DNA of 63,867 nt, filler included, from Squatina squatina (GCA_031763465.1; 4 parts of 4 records of this genome joined end to end with filler, not necessarily neighbours in it); one strand, 5' to 3'; counted from the whole stretch's first letter, positions 12,676-26,167 are shown. Made by a program: numbers and translations. The notes: generated by a model not told the origin, from the letters alone.

Positions 12676-14094
12676 NNNNNNNNNNNNNNNNNNNNNNNNN
12701 NNNNNNNNNNNNNNNNNNNNNNNNNNNNNNNNNNNNNNNNNNNNNNNNNNNNNNNNNNNNNNNNNNNNNNNNNNNNNNNNNNNNNNNNNNNNNNNNNNNN
12801 NNNNNNNNNNNNNNNNNNNNNNNNNNNNNNNNNNNNNNNNNNNNNNNNNNNNNNNNNNNNNNNNNNNNNNNNNNNNNNNNNNNNNNNNNNNNNNNNNNNN
12901 NNNNNNNNNNNNNNNNNNNNNNNNNNNNNNNNNNNNNNNNNNNNNNNNNNNNNNNNNNNNNNNNNNNNNNNNNNNNNNNNNNNNNNNNNNNNNNNNNNNN
13001 NNNNNNNNNNNNNNNNNNNNNNNNNNNNNNNNNNNNNNNNNNNNNNNNNNNNNNNNNNNNNNNNNNNNNNNNNNNNNNNNNNNNNNNNNNNNNNNNNNNN
13101 NNNNNNNNNNNNNNNNNNNNNNNNNNNNNNNNNNNNNNNNNNNNNNNNNNNNNNNNNNNNNNNNNNNNNNNNNNNNNNNNNNNNNNNNNNNNNNNNNNNN
13201 NNNNNNNNNNNNNNNNNNNNNNNNNNNNNNNNNNNNNNNNNNNNNNNNNNNNNNNNNNNNNNNNNNNNNNNNNNNNNNNNNNNNNNNNNNNNNNNNNNNN
13301 NNNNNNNNNNNNNNNNNNNNNNNNNNNNNNNNNNNNNNNNNNNNNNNNNNNNNNNNNNNNNNNNNNNNNNNNNNNNNNNNNNNNNNNNNNNNNNNNNNNN
13401 NNNNNNNNNNNNNNNNNNNNNNNNNNNNNNNNNNNNNNNNNNNNNNNNNNNNNNNNNNNNNNNNNNNNNNNNNNNNNNNNNNNNNNNNNNNNNNNNNNNN
13501 NNNNNNNNNNNNNNNNNNNNNNNNNNNNNNNNNNNNNNNNNNNNNNNNNNNTTCTCCAACTAGCTTGGGGCTAGAACCGCACATGTAATTACAGCTCTAC
13601 GATTGCTCAAATTATGTTGGTCAAGTGAGCTTTCCAGCCTGCAGAACCAGTGGATGTGGGCCTGGTTCCTTCCAGTAATCTTTGCACAATCCAAGAATAT
13701 TGTGGTAAGTCTATTGCTGATAAGCATCTCTGTTGTTTCTAAAATGACTCTGTGGGCTCACACAGATAATATGAAAAGCACATATTCTGTTTAAAATTAC
13801 AAAAGCGAACTCTCCAGGGAAAATAATATATTTAAATTTAATTCAAAATAATAAATTACATAGCAGTAAACAATGTAATGTGCCGTCACAAAAAACGAGG
13901 TAAGATTGTAGAGGGGGCAGAGATACTGCACTGATTCCTATTCTTTTTCCAATAATAAATTAAAATTAAAATATATTTAAGGACCTGAGATCTGATGATG
14001 TTAGCAGCACAACTCTTGTAATAGTAGTTTAGGGTAGTAATACTATACTGACACACAGCTGTTACTCCTGAATGAGCCATCATATCATATATTC

Positions 14095-14194
14095 NNNNNN
14101 NNNNNNNNNNNNNNNNNNNNNNNNNNNNNNNNNNNNNNTTAATTAATTAANNNNNNNNNNNNNNNNNNNNNNNNNNNNNNNNNNNNNNNNNNNN
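14095..14194. other. Artificial scaffold linker (N44-TTAATTAATTAA-N44)
   Basis: 12-mer with stops in all six frames at 14139-14150, centred in an exactly 100-bp spacer; the construct occurs three times. Confidence 0.97.
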
Positions 14195-14859
14195 AGGGTG
14201 ATAGGATGGCACGGGGCCAGATCACTAGTTGGCAAAGTCACACACTAGCTTTGTTGCAGAGGACTCAGATGCTGAGATCAAGAGGCCAGTCTGCCGAAGA
14301 AAGCTGATGGCTATACACCAAGAAATACCAGGTGATCTGGGTAGCCTGCCAGTGATCCTTCACAAAAGGTCTGCCAAATAGCATATGATCCATATTTTAA
14401 TATTATAATGAGCCTTCTGAATAGTTATGCAATGCGCCCTATATGTCTATAGATGAGCCCAATCCATTATGGCAGGTGGTGCACTTGTGACTCGGGACAA
14501 GCATGAGCACACTGCCCTCCATATTGGACCCTTAGGTGCCCGTTTCATGCCTGAAAGATGGGCGTGGCATGATTGAATTTCTAGGCTAATGCTATGCATT
14601 TGGTTGGCATGTACAGGATCAATAATTTAGAACATGGTTGCTAAAAAAGAAAGCACAGATACACCAATCTTATAAAAGGAATTATTTATATTTTCAATAT
14701 TATTCAGTCATGCACACAACATTCTCAGATATTCTATAGCAATGAACTGCTAATACACAGCAACATTACTGCTGCTAGACAATATCCAGATGATGCACCA
14801 AAAAGAGCTGAAAGCTTAAGCTTTGAAATGGGTTCATAAATTGAATAATATTTCACCAA

Positions 14860-14991
14860 GGGCTAGGTTTTATGAATTTTCTTTTCCAGCACAGAGCTCC
14901 ATGTGCCAGAGATACAGATTGAGAATTCAGTTGCCAAGATAAGCATGCCCTGCAGGATTTACTGAGAGCATAAATTTGTAAAATCTACCCT
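14860..14991. mobile_element. Short MITE
   Basis: Imperfect TIRs GGGCTAGGTTTTATGAATT ... AATTTGTAAAATCTACCCT. Confidence 0.5.
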
Positions 14992-15575
14992 TACATCTCA
15001 AGAATCTGTTTAAAGAAAACAAAAAGCCTAGTATACACTGTGGTAGCAGAGCCTTAAAGTGGTGAGTGATTGAAAGGGAAGTACTGCAACTATTTGGGCA
15101 GTTAGTTCATATTCTCAGTAGAATAATTAAACCTTCTCTTCGCTTTCACTACTTTAGAAGATTCATGACACAGAGAGCTCAGATTGTGATTTATAGATCA
15201 GGCAATGTACCACCACACAGATTGAGAGCTAAGAGAAATTGCTTATAATTATAATCATTGATTTCACGTTGAATTTCATGGTGCTAACAATTACAGTTTT
15301 GTCATTGAGCTCATTTAGGAAATTGCTCCTTACTGTTTTGCTCTAATGAGACAATTCTACTCTTTGCAATCTGCTAGCTTGATTAGTAATAGTAAATAAC
15401 ATTGAGGCTGTTAAAAGTTCCCAAAATCACTACTGAAAAATAAAATATTTCTTATCTGTGCACTTTACAATACTGNNNNNNNNNNNNNNNNNNNNNNNNN
15501 NNNNNNNNNNNNNNNNNNNNNNNNNNNNNNNNNNNNNNNNNNNNNNNNNNNNNNNNNNNNNNNNNNNNNNNNNNN

Positions 15576-15652
15576 CATGGTCTCATTGAATGGTGGAGCA
15601 GGCTCGAGGGGCCGAATGGCCTACTCCTGCTCCTATTTCTTATGTTCTTATG
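15576..15652 (+). mobile_element. CR1 (HER1-like) LINE 3' end
   Basis: GAATGGTGGAGCAGGCTCGAGGGGCCGAATGGCCTACTCCTGCTCCTATTTCTTATGTTCTTATG; nearly identical to 62761-62826. Confidence 0.9.
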
Positions 15653-17855
15653 TATCAATATTTTGGCCTTGACTTTTCCATTCATTTGAAGTTTCTTTAT
15701 CATTTCCACTAGCCTGATGTGTTTGATAGATCCCATTGAATTATACAATGTACAGCCACGGTTGGTAGTTGCTAATACATTTCTTTGTTCATAGGAGCTT
15801 CTGTTTTCTAAGGATGAGAATGTCTGCCAATAATGCATGGCCCAACAACTTGATAGAACTACCAACTGTCTTTTAAGCTGTCACTAACCATTCCCAGTTG
15901 TTAGCTACATTTTTTGATCTTACAGAGGTGTATGTAATGCACTGTGCCATTAATATTGCCTGCCAAGCAATTACTTTTCTTGAACTCCAATTTTCTAAAG
16001 AATAAGTTAAGGATTGTTTAAACATATATGCAAATTTATGTAAAGTGATAATTCTAATTAAGTTACTCTGAAACAATTGCATAAAGAATAATTCTATAAT
16101 TCCATTCTGCTACAATGATTGTTTAAGTAATTAGGAAACAAAAGTACTACAATTACCATATGGACATCTGGCTTTTAATTAATCAGAAACCTGAATTTTT
16201 AATACCAGAAAGAAATGCAATGTTTGGGTAAACTTGTTTGGGTAAAGCCACAAGTGTATTAGCCTTTCAATCAATACAGAAGGAACGTGCTGTGTTATTC
16301 CTTTGTGCATGCAAGAGAACATAACCTCATACTGCAGAGGCTAGTAGCTGCATGCCATCTTTCTAGTTATGTGATGCATGCACTGGTGAGACTCTGGATG
16401 CCATTAAAACATCACTTTCACACCAGTACAAGGCGATTGCTGGTGCACATTGATGTGAATATCAGTACATTGCTATCTGGCCCCCAACTAAAGCAAAAGT
16501 TGTTAGAGCATGTCCAGTAAATTATCTTATATCACTAGGACTTTGAACCAGATTTAGAATAACTCTAGCCCAGTGTGAAGTTCAGTATAAGAAGTGCAAA
16601 GTTGCAAAAAGAAATACTAAGCTTTATGTTGTGTGATGTACAATAAGATGTAAGCTGGAGTATAACTCAGGCCTGCCAAGTGAAATTTGTATTATATAGA
16701 GACCTGCCTAAGATTAGTATCTGTTGTACAATGGCAACTTTGTCACTCTACTGATTTACCANNNNNNNNNNATTCAGATCTGCATAGGGTCAGTTGAAAC
16801 CTATTGAAAGAGGTGTTTTAGGCAGCATCCAGTATAATTGTGATTGAGAAGTTGCTTCATTCTTAGGGTGATGCTGCAGAGGGTATCTCCAATAAGGATT
16901 CTTCAAAGGGAAAATGATCTGTGTGAGCTGGCAAAATTAGTTCAATCTCACTTTCACAATGTAATCATTCATGCTCTTTCTATCCACTAATATAAAGAAT
17001 TTGAGAGGTCCACATCACATTTCAGGTGCCAAACTATCAAAGATCAATTTTCTGTATTGCACTTGCATTTTTTTTCAAAAGAGCGAATGGAAGCCAATCA
17101 TTTCTAATCTACAGGGAAAGTCACTCAGCAACAGAACATAGCACCATCATAGAGTACCACAAGGAATGCAGTTTTTGAAGATGGCCGACCACTACCCTCG
17201 CAGGATAATTAGGAATGGCTAATAGTTGCAGCCTTTTCAGCAAGACCACATTCCGAGAACAAATTTAAAAGAAGAGATGAGATGCTACACAGCAAAAATA
17301 TGAGTTAAAATTTTCCTGCTGGTTCCTTCTGACTTCTAATTGACATCAGGATCTACCTAAGAACATTTAGCCTCCAAATAACCTCAAGAAAGCACAGCAA
17401 TTAGACCTTGTGGTCTTAAAAGGCTGCACCAGGTTACACAAAGCTGCATTTTAGTAATAATAGATTGTGCATTCCATGGAATAATACTTTTATCCTTGTT
17501 GACATGTTTTTAAAGTCAAAATTATATTGTGAAAACAACTTCATTTTAATTTGAATCAATTTTCTGACATGTGCCAGTTGATCTGATCTGATATGGAAAA
17601 CCCTCTCTTGATTACCACATCGAGTCACTGCATAAATAGTCCTGTCTATATCTTCCACCTTCTCACCACAGAGGCAACATCATCTACAGACCCAACGTGC
17701 AAGACAAGTCACAGCTTTTCGATTTATCCTCCCTAATCCAAGCCACTTCTAACCTNNNNNNNNNNNNNNNNNNNNNNNNNNNNNNNNNNNNNNNNNNNNN
17801 NNNNNNNNNNNNNNNNNNNNNNNNNNNNNNNNNNNNNNNNNNNNNNNNNNNNNNN

Positions 17856-18095
17856 GAGTTCTCCTGGTGTTCTGACAAACATTTATCCCTCAACTAACAC
17901 AACCAAAACAGATTATCTGGTGATTTATCTCGTTTGGTGCCACATTTGCTTCCATAAAAGTTACTACACTTCAAAAAGTAATTAATTGGCTATGCAGCAC
18001 TTTTGGACGTCCGGACGATGTGAAATGTGCTACATAAATACAATTTCTTTCTCTCTTCATTTCTTTCTTTTTTTCTTTCTGTCTTTCTTTCTTTC
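17856..18095 (+). mobile_element. Deu-domain SINE (SacSINE1/AmnSINE-like), 3' part with (TTTC)n tail
   Basis: GAGTTCTCCTGGTGTTCTGACAAACATTTATCCCTCAAC...CAGATTATCTGGT...CTACACTTCAAAAAGTA...TGTGAAATGTGCTACATAAATACAA matches the Deu domain plus L2-type tail as I recall it. Confidence 0.8.
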
Positions 18096-18857
18096 CACAA
18101 CTAATCTGCTAAATCAATATATTGCATGCCAGAAGCAAAAATGTTGATATGTGGAAAAATTAGTCCCTTACTGAATTTTATTAAACAAAAATAAACGTTG
18201 GAGATTGTTAAGCTTGCACCTTGTTGCATTCTCGTACTGCACAAGGTAAGGCAAAGTGTATGACCCTGAATGACTGCATTGCCTTGTGAAACGATTTAGT
18301 ATTTAGTACACTCAGTACTTTCACTCATCCTGATATTACCCTTGAATTAAACGGGTATTTTCTTTCCAGTTTATAAGAAAGCATACATTACATCAATATC
18401 TAAAGCAATAATAATTCATCTGAGCATTCACAAAAACTTTGAAAATAGTTTCTCATGCTGGGTGTCATGTCAAAAAAATTAATTAATATGCATTTTTGAA
18501 TGCACCAATAAAAGACTTTCAGCAGGAAAGAATTATGATGGAAGCAAAGCTGATTTTTTCTGCAGCATGGACCTTACATAAGCAGAATTGAACTAAAGCT
18601 GAGATAAAGATGATGCCTAATTAAAAGTGAATATTTGATCTGAAAGGATATGAGGGACCTGGATCACATCAAGTAAATCCATCACAAAGGGAAAACAGCA
18701 TCTGCATCAACACCCCGTTAAAATATTCATTTTAAATAGCTGACCTTTGAGTTTAGAAACTTTGGGTTCAAAGAATTCAAGATGTCACTGGAAACATAGT
18801 TAAATGAGCAGCACTTTGATTTTCCTGGGCCTTTTGATTTACTTTGTCAATTTATTC

Positions 18858-18872
18858 AGGTCAAATTGACCT
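18858..18872. promoter_or_regulatory. Perfect estrogen-response-element consensus (AGGTCAnnnTGACCT)
   Basis: AGGTCA-AAT-TGACCT read directly; function is inferred only. Confidence 0.45.
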
Positions 18873-19971
18873 AAAAGCATTTCAATTCTTTAATCTCCAT
18901 AAATTAGTATTGAGGTGAAATCATTGTGGAAAAGGTTGCTGCAAGTTGCAAACAGCTTTTTGNNNNNNNNNNNNNNNNNNNNNNNNNNNNNNNNNNNNNN
19001 NNNNNNNNNNNNNNNNNNNNNNNNNNNNNNNNNNNNNNNNNNNNNNNNNNNNNNNNNNNNNNCAAGAAACAGACTCCTAAAAAGTAGTAACTGCAGAATG
19101 TAACATTTTAGCAGCAACTTCCATACAATTTCAACTTTAACATCCCTTCCACACAGAATGTTTCTGTTTATTAATCTATTTTGCAAATTACTCCTTCTAT
19201 AAACATCAATTATTCATATGCTTAGCAAATTATATGACTGCTGCTTCCTTTATTAATTATTAAGACTGGTCAGCTAATCAGCAGCTACTTCATCAATATT
19301 TATCTAATTGTCATATTATGCACACTTTAAAGTGGTACTGTCTGTTCATTAGATTCTGCCATTACTCACGCAATACTTTCTATGTTTTTGAGGATCTGCA
19401 CTGAGGTGTGTCGCTAACACAGCATTTACAAACATTACATATAATTTGCATATATGCGATTTGCACTATTGTAGATGGTGATAGAAAATGGCACAAGGGT
19501 TTAAAAATTCTGCTGTGCTGTTAAAAGATGCTTAACACTAACGGCTTCAACAAGCAAATGCACAAATCATTGAAAATTGGCTCCTTGGTCAGTATTGTTA
19601 CACCTATTACTAACCTTTTAAAGGTCCAATGGTTTTGTGTCACCACATGCTTTTCAAATTCACTGTGAAATAAAGTGGAACAGGCGCGTAGAGGCTGGGA
19701 AATGCAGCAGGGAATCCTTTCATGCGATCCCTGCTAAATTCAAACAGTTTGTGATCTACCTAAATGTGAGAGCTTGAATCTAATGTTAAAATGATTTAAG
19801 TTAAGCACAGCACGATTTCTCCAGTGTTTAGGATGGGATGGTGCTGTGCACTCTGTCCATCTGAAGTGGATGTGTATGAAGCTCCATAAGAGACAGTGGA
19901 GCTGCAATTGGACTGACCTCATGTTCGGGTAGTGCCAAATAGTGGCGCAACCCAGGCATGAAATCTACATC

Positions 19972-20319
19972 GAGGGCAAAAATTTAAACGTGGAGAATTG
20001 GGCCTGGCGCCCCAGTGGTGTAGATGCCCGGCCGCCGATGGTGCAGGGGTCGGACACACGAAGTCATAACATCGCATGCCAACCCCTCTCCGCCTTCCTC
20101 GACCTCACTGTGTCGCGGAAGGGCTGCCTCCTGTATTGGAGGTGGCCTGCCCCGCGATGCCACTGGTGTCGGCAACAGCAGGTTTCCCCTGTCATTGCCA
20201 GGGGACTTTAAATACGCAGGCCTTGTGCCAGTGGTCGGCATTTTTAACCATCGTTATTGTTGGCTGATGTTTGATAGCTGATCACAACAAGGAAAAGAAT
20301 GGGCCCCCTTGCCGTCACA
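19972..20319. mobile_element. GC-rich Harbinger-type transposon end
   Basis: Abrupt GC/CpG-rich block starting GAGGGCAAAAATTT, running into a 100-N gap. Confidence 0.5.
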
Positions 20320-20629
20320 NNNNNNNNNNNNNNNNNNNNNNNNNNNNNNNNNNNNNNNNNNNNNNNNNNNNNNNNNNNNNNNNNNNNNNNNNNNNNNNNN
20401 NNNNNNNNNNNNNNNNNNNTGGCTGTCTTCCTCTAATTTTTCCTGTTGCTGCTGAGGTTTCAATGCTCATTAATGAGACTGCAAAACCAGCACCGTGCCA
20501 GCATTTAAACTACAGATGTGAATTAATAAAATCAATATAGCAGCACTGGAGCTTGAAGAACTGAGTGAAACATAGGAACCACACACTTCACTCAGTATAA
20601 CGGGTTTTTGCAACATAAGGAGGGACACA

Positions 20630-20830
20630 TCCCCAAGTGGCTCAGTGAATAAATGTATCACAGACGGCTTCGAGTTATACAGATCAGGAATGTCCCTGAG
20701 CTCTGCTGAGTTATCTGATTTCAGCTGGAGCAGTAATGGAGGACCTAGAATTTACTTTAGGCCAGAGGAAAGAATATTCAGTTAGAGACACTTGCTAGGA
20801 GTAAGTGTCTGCATGTAGATGAATGTGTGA
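20630..20830 (+). mobile_element. Degenerate SINE family A (tRNA-like head)
   Basis: GTGGCTCAGTG A-box-like start; CTGCTGAGTTATCTGATTTCAGCTGG resembles 12400-12420. Confidence 0.55.
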
Positions 20831-20837
20831 ACTCTAG

Positions 20838-21801
20838 CGGGGCAAAATTGATAGGTTCTTAGTGCCCCATTCTCGCCCATTGGAGGCACTCCCAAGGCGC
20901 TAAGGGCTTTTTTTGCATTTGTGGCGCTGGTCCCGCCTAGCGCGACATTGATGCTCACTTTTGCGGAGGCGCCAATAGGAGACGGCTCCGCGGCCCGGTG
21001 CGGCGCCGATCCTGGCAGCACATGGTGATAGTGACGTCATCACCGTGAGCGCCGCCCCATGAGTGACCTGGCAATAAATTCATTGGAAAAATAGCTGGGG
21101 CCTACAGGGGAAGCTGTCACCGCAGAGGCGGCCCCTGACCCGCTGCCATTACAATATAGTCGATGATGCCATTGCTCATTGAAACAGCAGCGAGGAGATG
21201 AGTGTTTGTGCTCTGTGGCTCATGTTGTACCGGCAGAGTTGCGGAGGTTAGGAGCTAGGGGAAATGTTGTTTAAATTGACTCCGCTCTATTCAAGGCCAG
21301 TTTTGAGTCATGTAAAGTGCACCATGGGTTCAGTCCTGGCAGTCGACCATCTCCTGCTTCTCCATCTTAGCAATGACCTCATTAGAAGGAGAAGGTGGAT
21401 GCAAAGACATCAGCAAAGGGTGCAGCAGAGAGATGCCCAAAGGAGAGGGAAAGTTGAGGCAGCTCCAGCACACCAAATGCAGGAACCTGAGGCTGCAGAA
21501 GGACCAGCAGATAGGCACAGGCACAGGTCAGCCATCAGAGGAAGGGGAGGCATCCCCACCCACAAGCTGCCCCACCAGCTTCAGACCATCAAGAGGGTGA
21601 AGGTAGAGGACGGAACCGTGCCAATGTGTGCAGGAAGCCTTACCCCCACAGGGTATTCCGTCAACAATTTTCTTACCTCAACTTATCTGAGGAGCTATGC
21701 GATAGAAGACTTCACTTCGAGGGAGATCATTACAAAGCTGTGCCATCTGCTCGCTCCAGATCTGGAGCCTCAAACAAGGATGAGGACAGCTCTCTCAATA
21801 G
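20838..21801 (+). mobile_element. PIF/Harbinger transposon left end with frameshifted transposase N-terminus
   Basis: GC-rich subterminal region, then ATG at 21324 (ACCATGG). RKPYPHRVFRQQFSYLNLSEELCDRRLHF and, after a frameshift, SREIITKLCHLLAPDLEPQTRMRTALS match the HARBI1-like N-terminus; runs into a gap. Confidence 0.85.
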
Positions 21802-23424
21802 NNNNNNNNNNNNNNNNNNNNNNNNNNNNNNNNNNNNNNNNNNNNNNNNNNNNNNNNNNNNNNNNNNNNNNNNNNNNNNNNNNNNNNNNNNNNNNNNNNN
21901 NAAAGAAATCAGATATGGTATTGAAAAATAAAATCAACTAAAGTGCAGACTGGGAATAGAAAAAGATTTCTCTAAGAACGAAGGTTCTCAGCTTTTCTAC
22001 AAATCCCTTAACATCAGTTTAATGAGCTAAACCATTTCAATTAAGTCTTTAACCTAACTGAATTGCATTGAATATTTCTCAGTTATTTTTTATCCTTCTG
22101 GTCAGTCCATTTTTATTACGTCCTCAGGGCACCTGAGTTGATACAATGTGATATTATAGCAAGCGCATGAGTAAATGCTACAGTTGAAGATTCCTAGCTC
22201 CTGCATAATATCTACATTTCCTGGCATCTATTTCATCACTTAAAGGGAAAGAAAAGTCTAGGGGATAGGACTTTGTGCACAGAATACTCCACTGTCTATT
22301 GAAAAATATATATAAAATTATGGCTTCACTTCAAAAAATGTAAATTTTAAAACTCAACAGAAGTCTGTTATGTTGGAACTTCTAACCATCAAAGTATTCT
22401 GGTAACATGACTGATGAAGCAGGGAAGCATGATTCATTGTTTGCAACAGAGTCTGTGATTATGAATGGCTTGGGGTCTGATCTCGAGTCTCTCACCCCTG
22501 GGAAAATGTGTTCCTATCTAGTTATGGAGTCCTGCAAATGCTTCAAGCTCACAATCAATTCTTGTTCTGATCGAGGGTGGAAGGATGTTAAAACGATTTT
22601 AACCTTAGACAATCTGGCTGACCAGAAAATGTTTCCAAAAATTGAGTCAATTGCAGAGCTATCAATATTTGTCAAGTCACATGTGTTGGACTTTCAGCCG
22701 TAATTTGGCGTACATCTGAGACATCACCTCATGCCAACAATGTAAACATAATTAAAAGCAGCAAAGTGCACCAATTGTATGGGCTACAGAGTTGACCTTT
22801 CTATGCTTTAATCCTAGCTGGCTGTCCTATTATTGCTAACATTGAAGTTTGAAGTGAATGGTTTTCTCCAGTGGTTGTGATGTGAGTTTAGTCTCCTGGT
22901 TAGGTTTGGGAAGAAGCTTATTTGCAATGAGAGAATGCTGAGCATGTGATTTGAGTATTAATGCATGGAATTCTGCCTTTTCCCACATTACAATAATGCA
23001 GAAATACGTGACTCCTTTTTGCACTGCAATGAAAACAGAACTCACATTGCATTCTTCAGTTTAGTGCAAAAATAGCATTTTTGTCGTTGCTGCCTTGGCA
23101 TTAAGCAGTGCCTGGGCATATCGCAGAGAGGAAAATTTGGTGGTGAGGATTGCATGTCCGTAACAGAACTCAGCTGATTTTTTTCTTCCATTTAACTAAC
23201 CTAAGTAAAATTGTGTGTGTTCTGTAATGGATGTGCGATCCTCCACGCCCAATTTTCCTCTATGCGCTCCATCCAGGCCATACTTAACATTCAGATAGCA
23301 AAACTGAAAATCTACTTCATCGTTTTCCTTGACGTTCCCTCCTCTGTCTCTCTTCTCTTTCTAGCAGGTACATTTTCTGCTTTTTTTAAGCATTAATTAA
23401 AAAAATGTAAATTAGAATTAATGA

Positions 23425-23640
23425 TACACAGGAACAGGAATAGGCCATTCAGCCCCTCCAGCCAGTGCCGCCATTCAATGAGATCATGGCTGATCTGTAT
23501 CTTAACACCATCCACCCTTAATACTCTTGCCTAACAAAAATCTATCAATCTCAGTTTTGAAATTTTCAATTGACCCAGCCTCAACAACATTTTTATTTTG
23601 GGGGTGGGGAGGGAGAGGAGAGTTCCAGATTTACACTGCT
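23425..23640 (-). mobile_element. CR1 LINE 3' end
   Basis: AGGAACAGGAATAGGCCATTCAGCCCCTCCAGCC...CCATTCAATGAGATCATGGCTGATCT is the reverse complement of the tail at 15576 and 62745. Confidence 0.85.
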
Positions 23641-24199
23641 CTTTGTGGACATTAATTTCTTTGAAACATTATCAACAAAGTTCCAAAAACTGGAGTCTGA
23701 ATTCATCTGTTAATACACAAAGCATTCAAAACAAAATTGAAAAATTTAGAAGTATTAAAACCATGGAGGTGTATGGCATAATAACTATCATAGGGATATG
23801 GTTTGGACAGGATGGGGAAATGAATAGGATCAATGTGAAAATAGAAAAGGATAATGAACAGTCAAAGATAAAGGTGCTGAACTTGGAAAAATTACAGTGA
23901 ACTAAGTTGACCCAAATTAACTGGGGAGAAAATTTAGCAAATCTCTTCTCAACAAACCACATTTAAGCAACCTGCCCTCATAATTTAGCCCTTTAAGCCC
24001 TTGTATAATACTGTATCATTCTTGTAGTACAGTAGATTAATACAATCCATTATGGTATCTGAATCAGACTGAAATTTTGTCTGGGCCGACCACCCTATGT
24101 ATCAATAGAGAATAACACTGAGTCCCTGTATTTTCTAGGTAATTCTTTTTGCCACACTCTGATAACAACACCAACACTGTGGTTATCCTGTCTTGTTCA

Positions 24200-24545
24200 C
24201 ACTAGCATCCTTAATGTAACAAGGTCACAAGGCTTCCTCTACTCTGCCTCAATAATGTGCCCCAACATAAACATCAAAAAAGCACGTTCCATTGCACTCG
24301 TGTGACGATTCTATTTCCTGGATCAGCCATCCTTGTATCATCTCCGAATGAAACTCTTAATTTATGGGCAAAAATATGTTGTGGGCTTGTGCCAGGTGGA
24401 ACTGGCCGAGTCTACCTAAACTCATTTAACTTGTAAGACTTATAGCTCAGGAGACATTCATTCCATCAGTCTGGGCTGTATTCCAGCCTGGTCCCAGGGG
24501 TGATAGGACAGTATGTTAAACCCACTGCAGCAATCAACTCTCAAA
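24200..24545 (-). mobile_element. LF-SINE-related SINE, degenerate
   Basis: Reverse strand CAGCCCAGACTGATGG...AAATGAGTTTAGGTAGACTCGGCCAGTTCCACC resembles the recalled LF-SINE 5' half (AAATGAGTTGGTGGTCTCAGTCCAGTTCC). Confidence 0.45.
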
Positions 24546-24790
24546 GAAAAGCCGGCACAATTATTTGTCCAGTTCAGTCACAAAATTGGGACTGAAGGGT
24601 TAAAGGTTAAAACTTAAAGAGCTAAAAGCTGTTAGCTCAGCATTTGCTTCTCAAAGCCTTGATAGCAGGCGCCTCTAGACTGATGCAATTAAAAATAACA
24701 AGAAACCAATCAAGTGGACAAAAGGTTCCCTGGCAATAGGGGTGGTCAGGATTAATGATTGAGGTCGTGGCCATATTTTGGTCTTGTCTT

Positions 24791-25232
24791 TGTTACATGT
24801 ATAAATGAGCGCTGCAAACTCTGTATTGATGTGATTAAGGTTAAGGAATTGCTTAATGTGATTGAGGTTACAATAGAATTGATCAATGTGCTGATAGGAT
24901 TAACTTGTGTTCCATCACGAGATTCTGTGAATAACATGATGTCGATGTTGTAATGTAATTTGTCTTAGTGTACTGAGATAATGAAGAGTGTAATGTGATT
25001 TATGAATGACAGGATGTGGGGTGGGGTTGTTCGAAACTTGCAGCAATGGCAAATGAAAACTGTTGAGCTTCGCTTCCGCTCGGTCATGTATAAAACCCGA
25101 TGTAATCATTAAATCGGGGAGACCCCTAGGAAAGGAACTCTCCCCTGCATATGCTTGTAATAAAGCTTTAGCTACTTGAACTTCATGGTACTCCAGAGTG
25201 GTGATTGGTGCAACAGGGAACATCCGACAACA
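24791..25232 (+). mobile_element. Probable solo LTR (5' boundary may extend to ~24590)
   Basis: TGT...ACA termini; TATAAAA at ~25089 and AATAAA at ~25159 in U3-R-U5 order. No target-site duplication found. Confidence 0.5.
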
Positions 25233-26167
25233 CCCATGTAAGTGGAAATTTGCAACTTCGAGCAGCATCAAGCGTTACTTAAGAGTAAAGTTTCATCCAT
25301 ACTGTTTCAACAATATCCTTTTGTTCAACATCAAATGACCACCGACTGCAACACTATGAATTTCTCCATTTCTTGTACTAACAGTCCATATGACCTAATT
25401 AACTGAGATTGTCAATTTATTGAACAGTGGTGAATTTTGTACCAAAGGTCTGCATGCACAGGACTGCAACTGCCCAGGCTCATTTCACACAAGATCTCAA
25501 CAGGCAACAAAGAAGGGAAATGTTATCCTATTTGCCTACATGACAACAGAAAGTCCAAAAGAAAGTTAATGGGGTAGGTCTTCACCTTCACCACCTGGGT
25601 GGTGATCGAGTGGAGCAGATAGCCCGCCCTTTATAGAACCTGTCCCATTTTCAATTTGTTGAAATGTTTTTGTATTAACTTTCATTTGCAGTGAATGGCA
25701 GTTTTCTTAACTGTTTTTGTATTACTGTAGTGAATGTTATCTCTTCACACTAAAACAGTTGTCTGGTGCAGAGCCTACTGAGCGTGGGTGCACTCAGTTC
25801 TCTGGCAGCTGCTATAAATTAAAAGTGTGAGGAAATTTCATTAGGCTGTAATTGCAATCTTCAGCTCTTCTATGGTAAACACTCAGTCATAAGTTGGAAC
25901 TTATGTGAAGCCAGCAATACAAATAGATTTCAAGCAGATGAAAGGATAGACAATAACATTTAAAAGAAGTTAGTCTCCTGTATATTTTCTACCTACTGAT
26001 TGTGGCCCATATTTATGGCATTTCTGCATCATTTAATTTCAGGTTTAACACTGAATTTTAGGCAACTNNNNNNNNNNNNNNNNNNNNNNNNNNNNNNNNN
26101 NNNNNNNNNNNNNNNNNNNNNNNNNNNNNNNNNNNNNNNNNNNNNNNNNNNNNNNNNNNNNNNNNNN

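Noticed and set aside
12606-13584. Longest ORFs in the track (297-322 aa)
   Set aside because: They consist almost entirely of X residues from an 876-N gap.
20838-21200. CpG-island promoters at the GC-rich patches (also 34250, 42330, 60460)
   Set aside because: Sharp boundaries, shared terminal motifs and adjacency to gaps or transposase sequence point to transposon ends.
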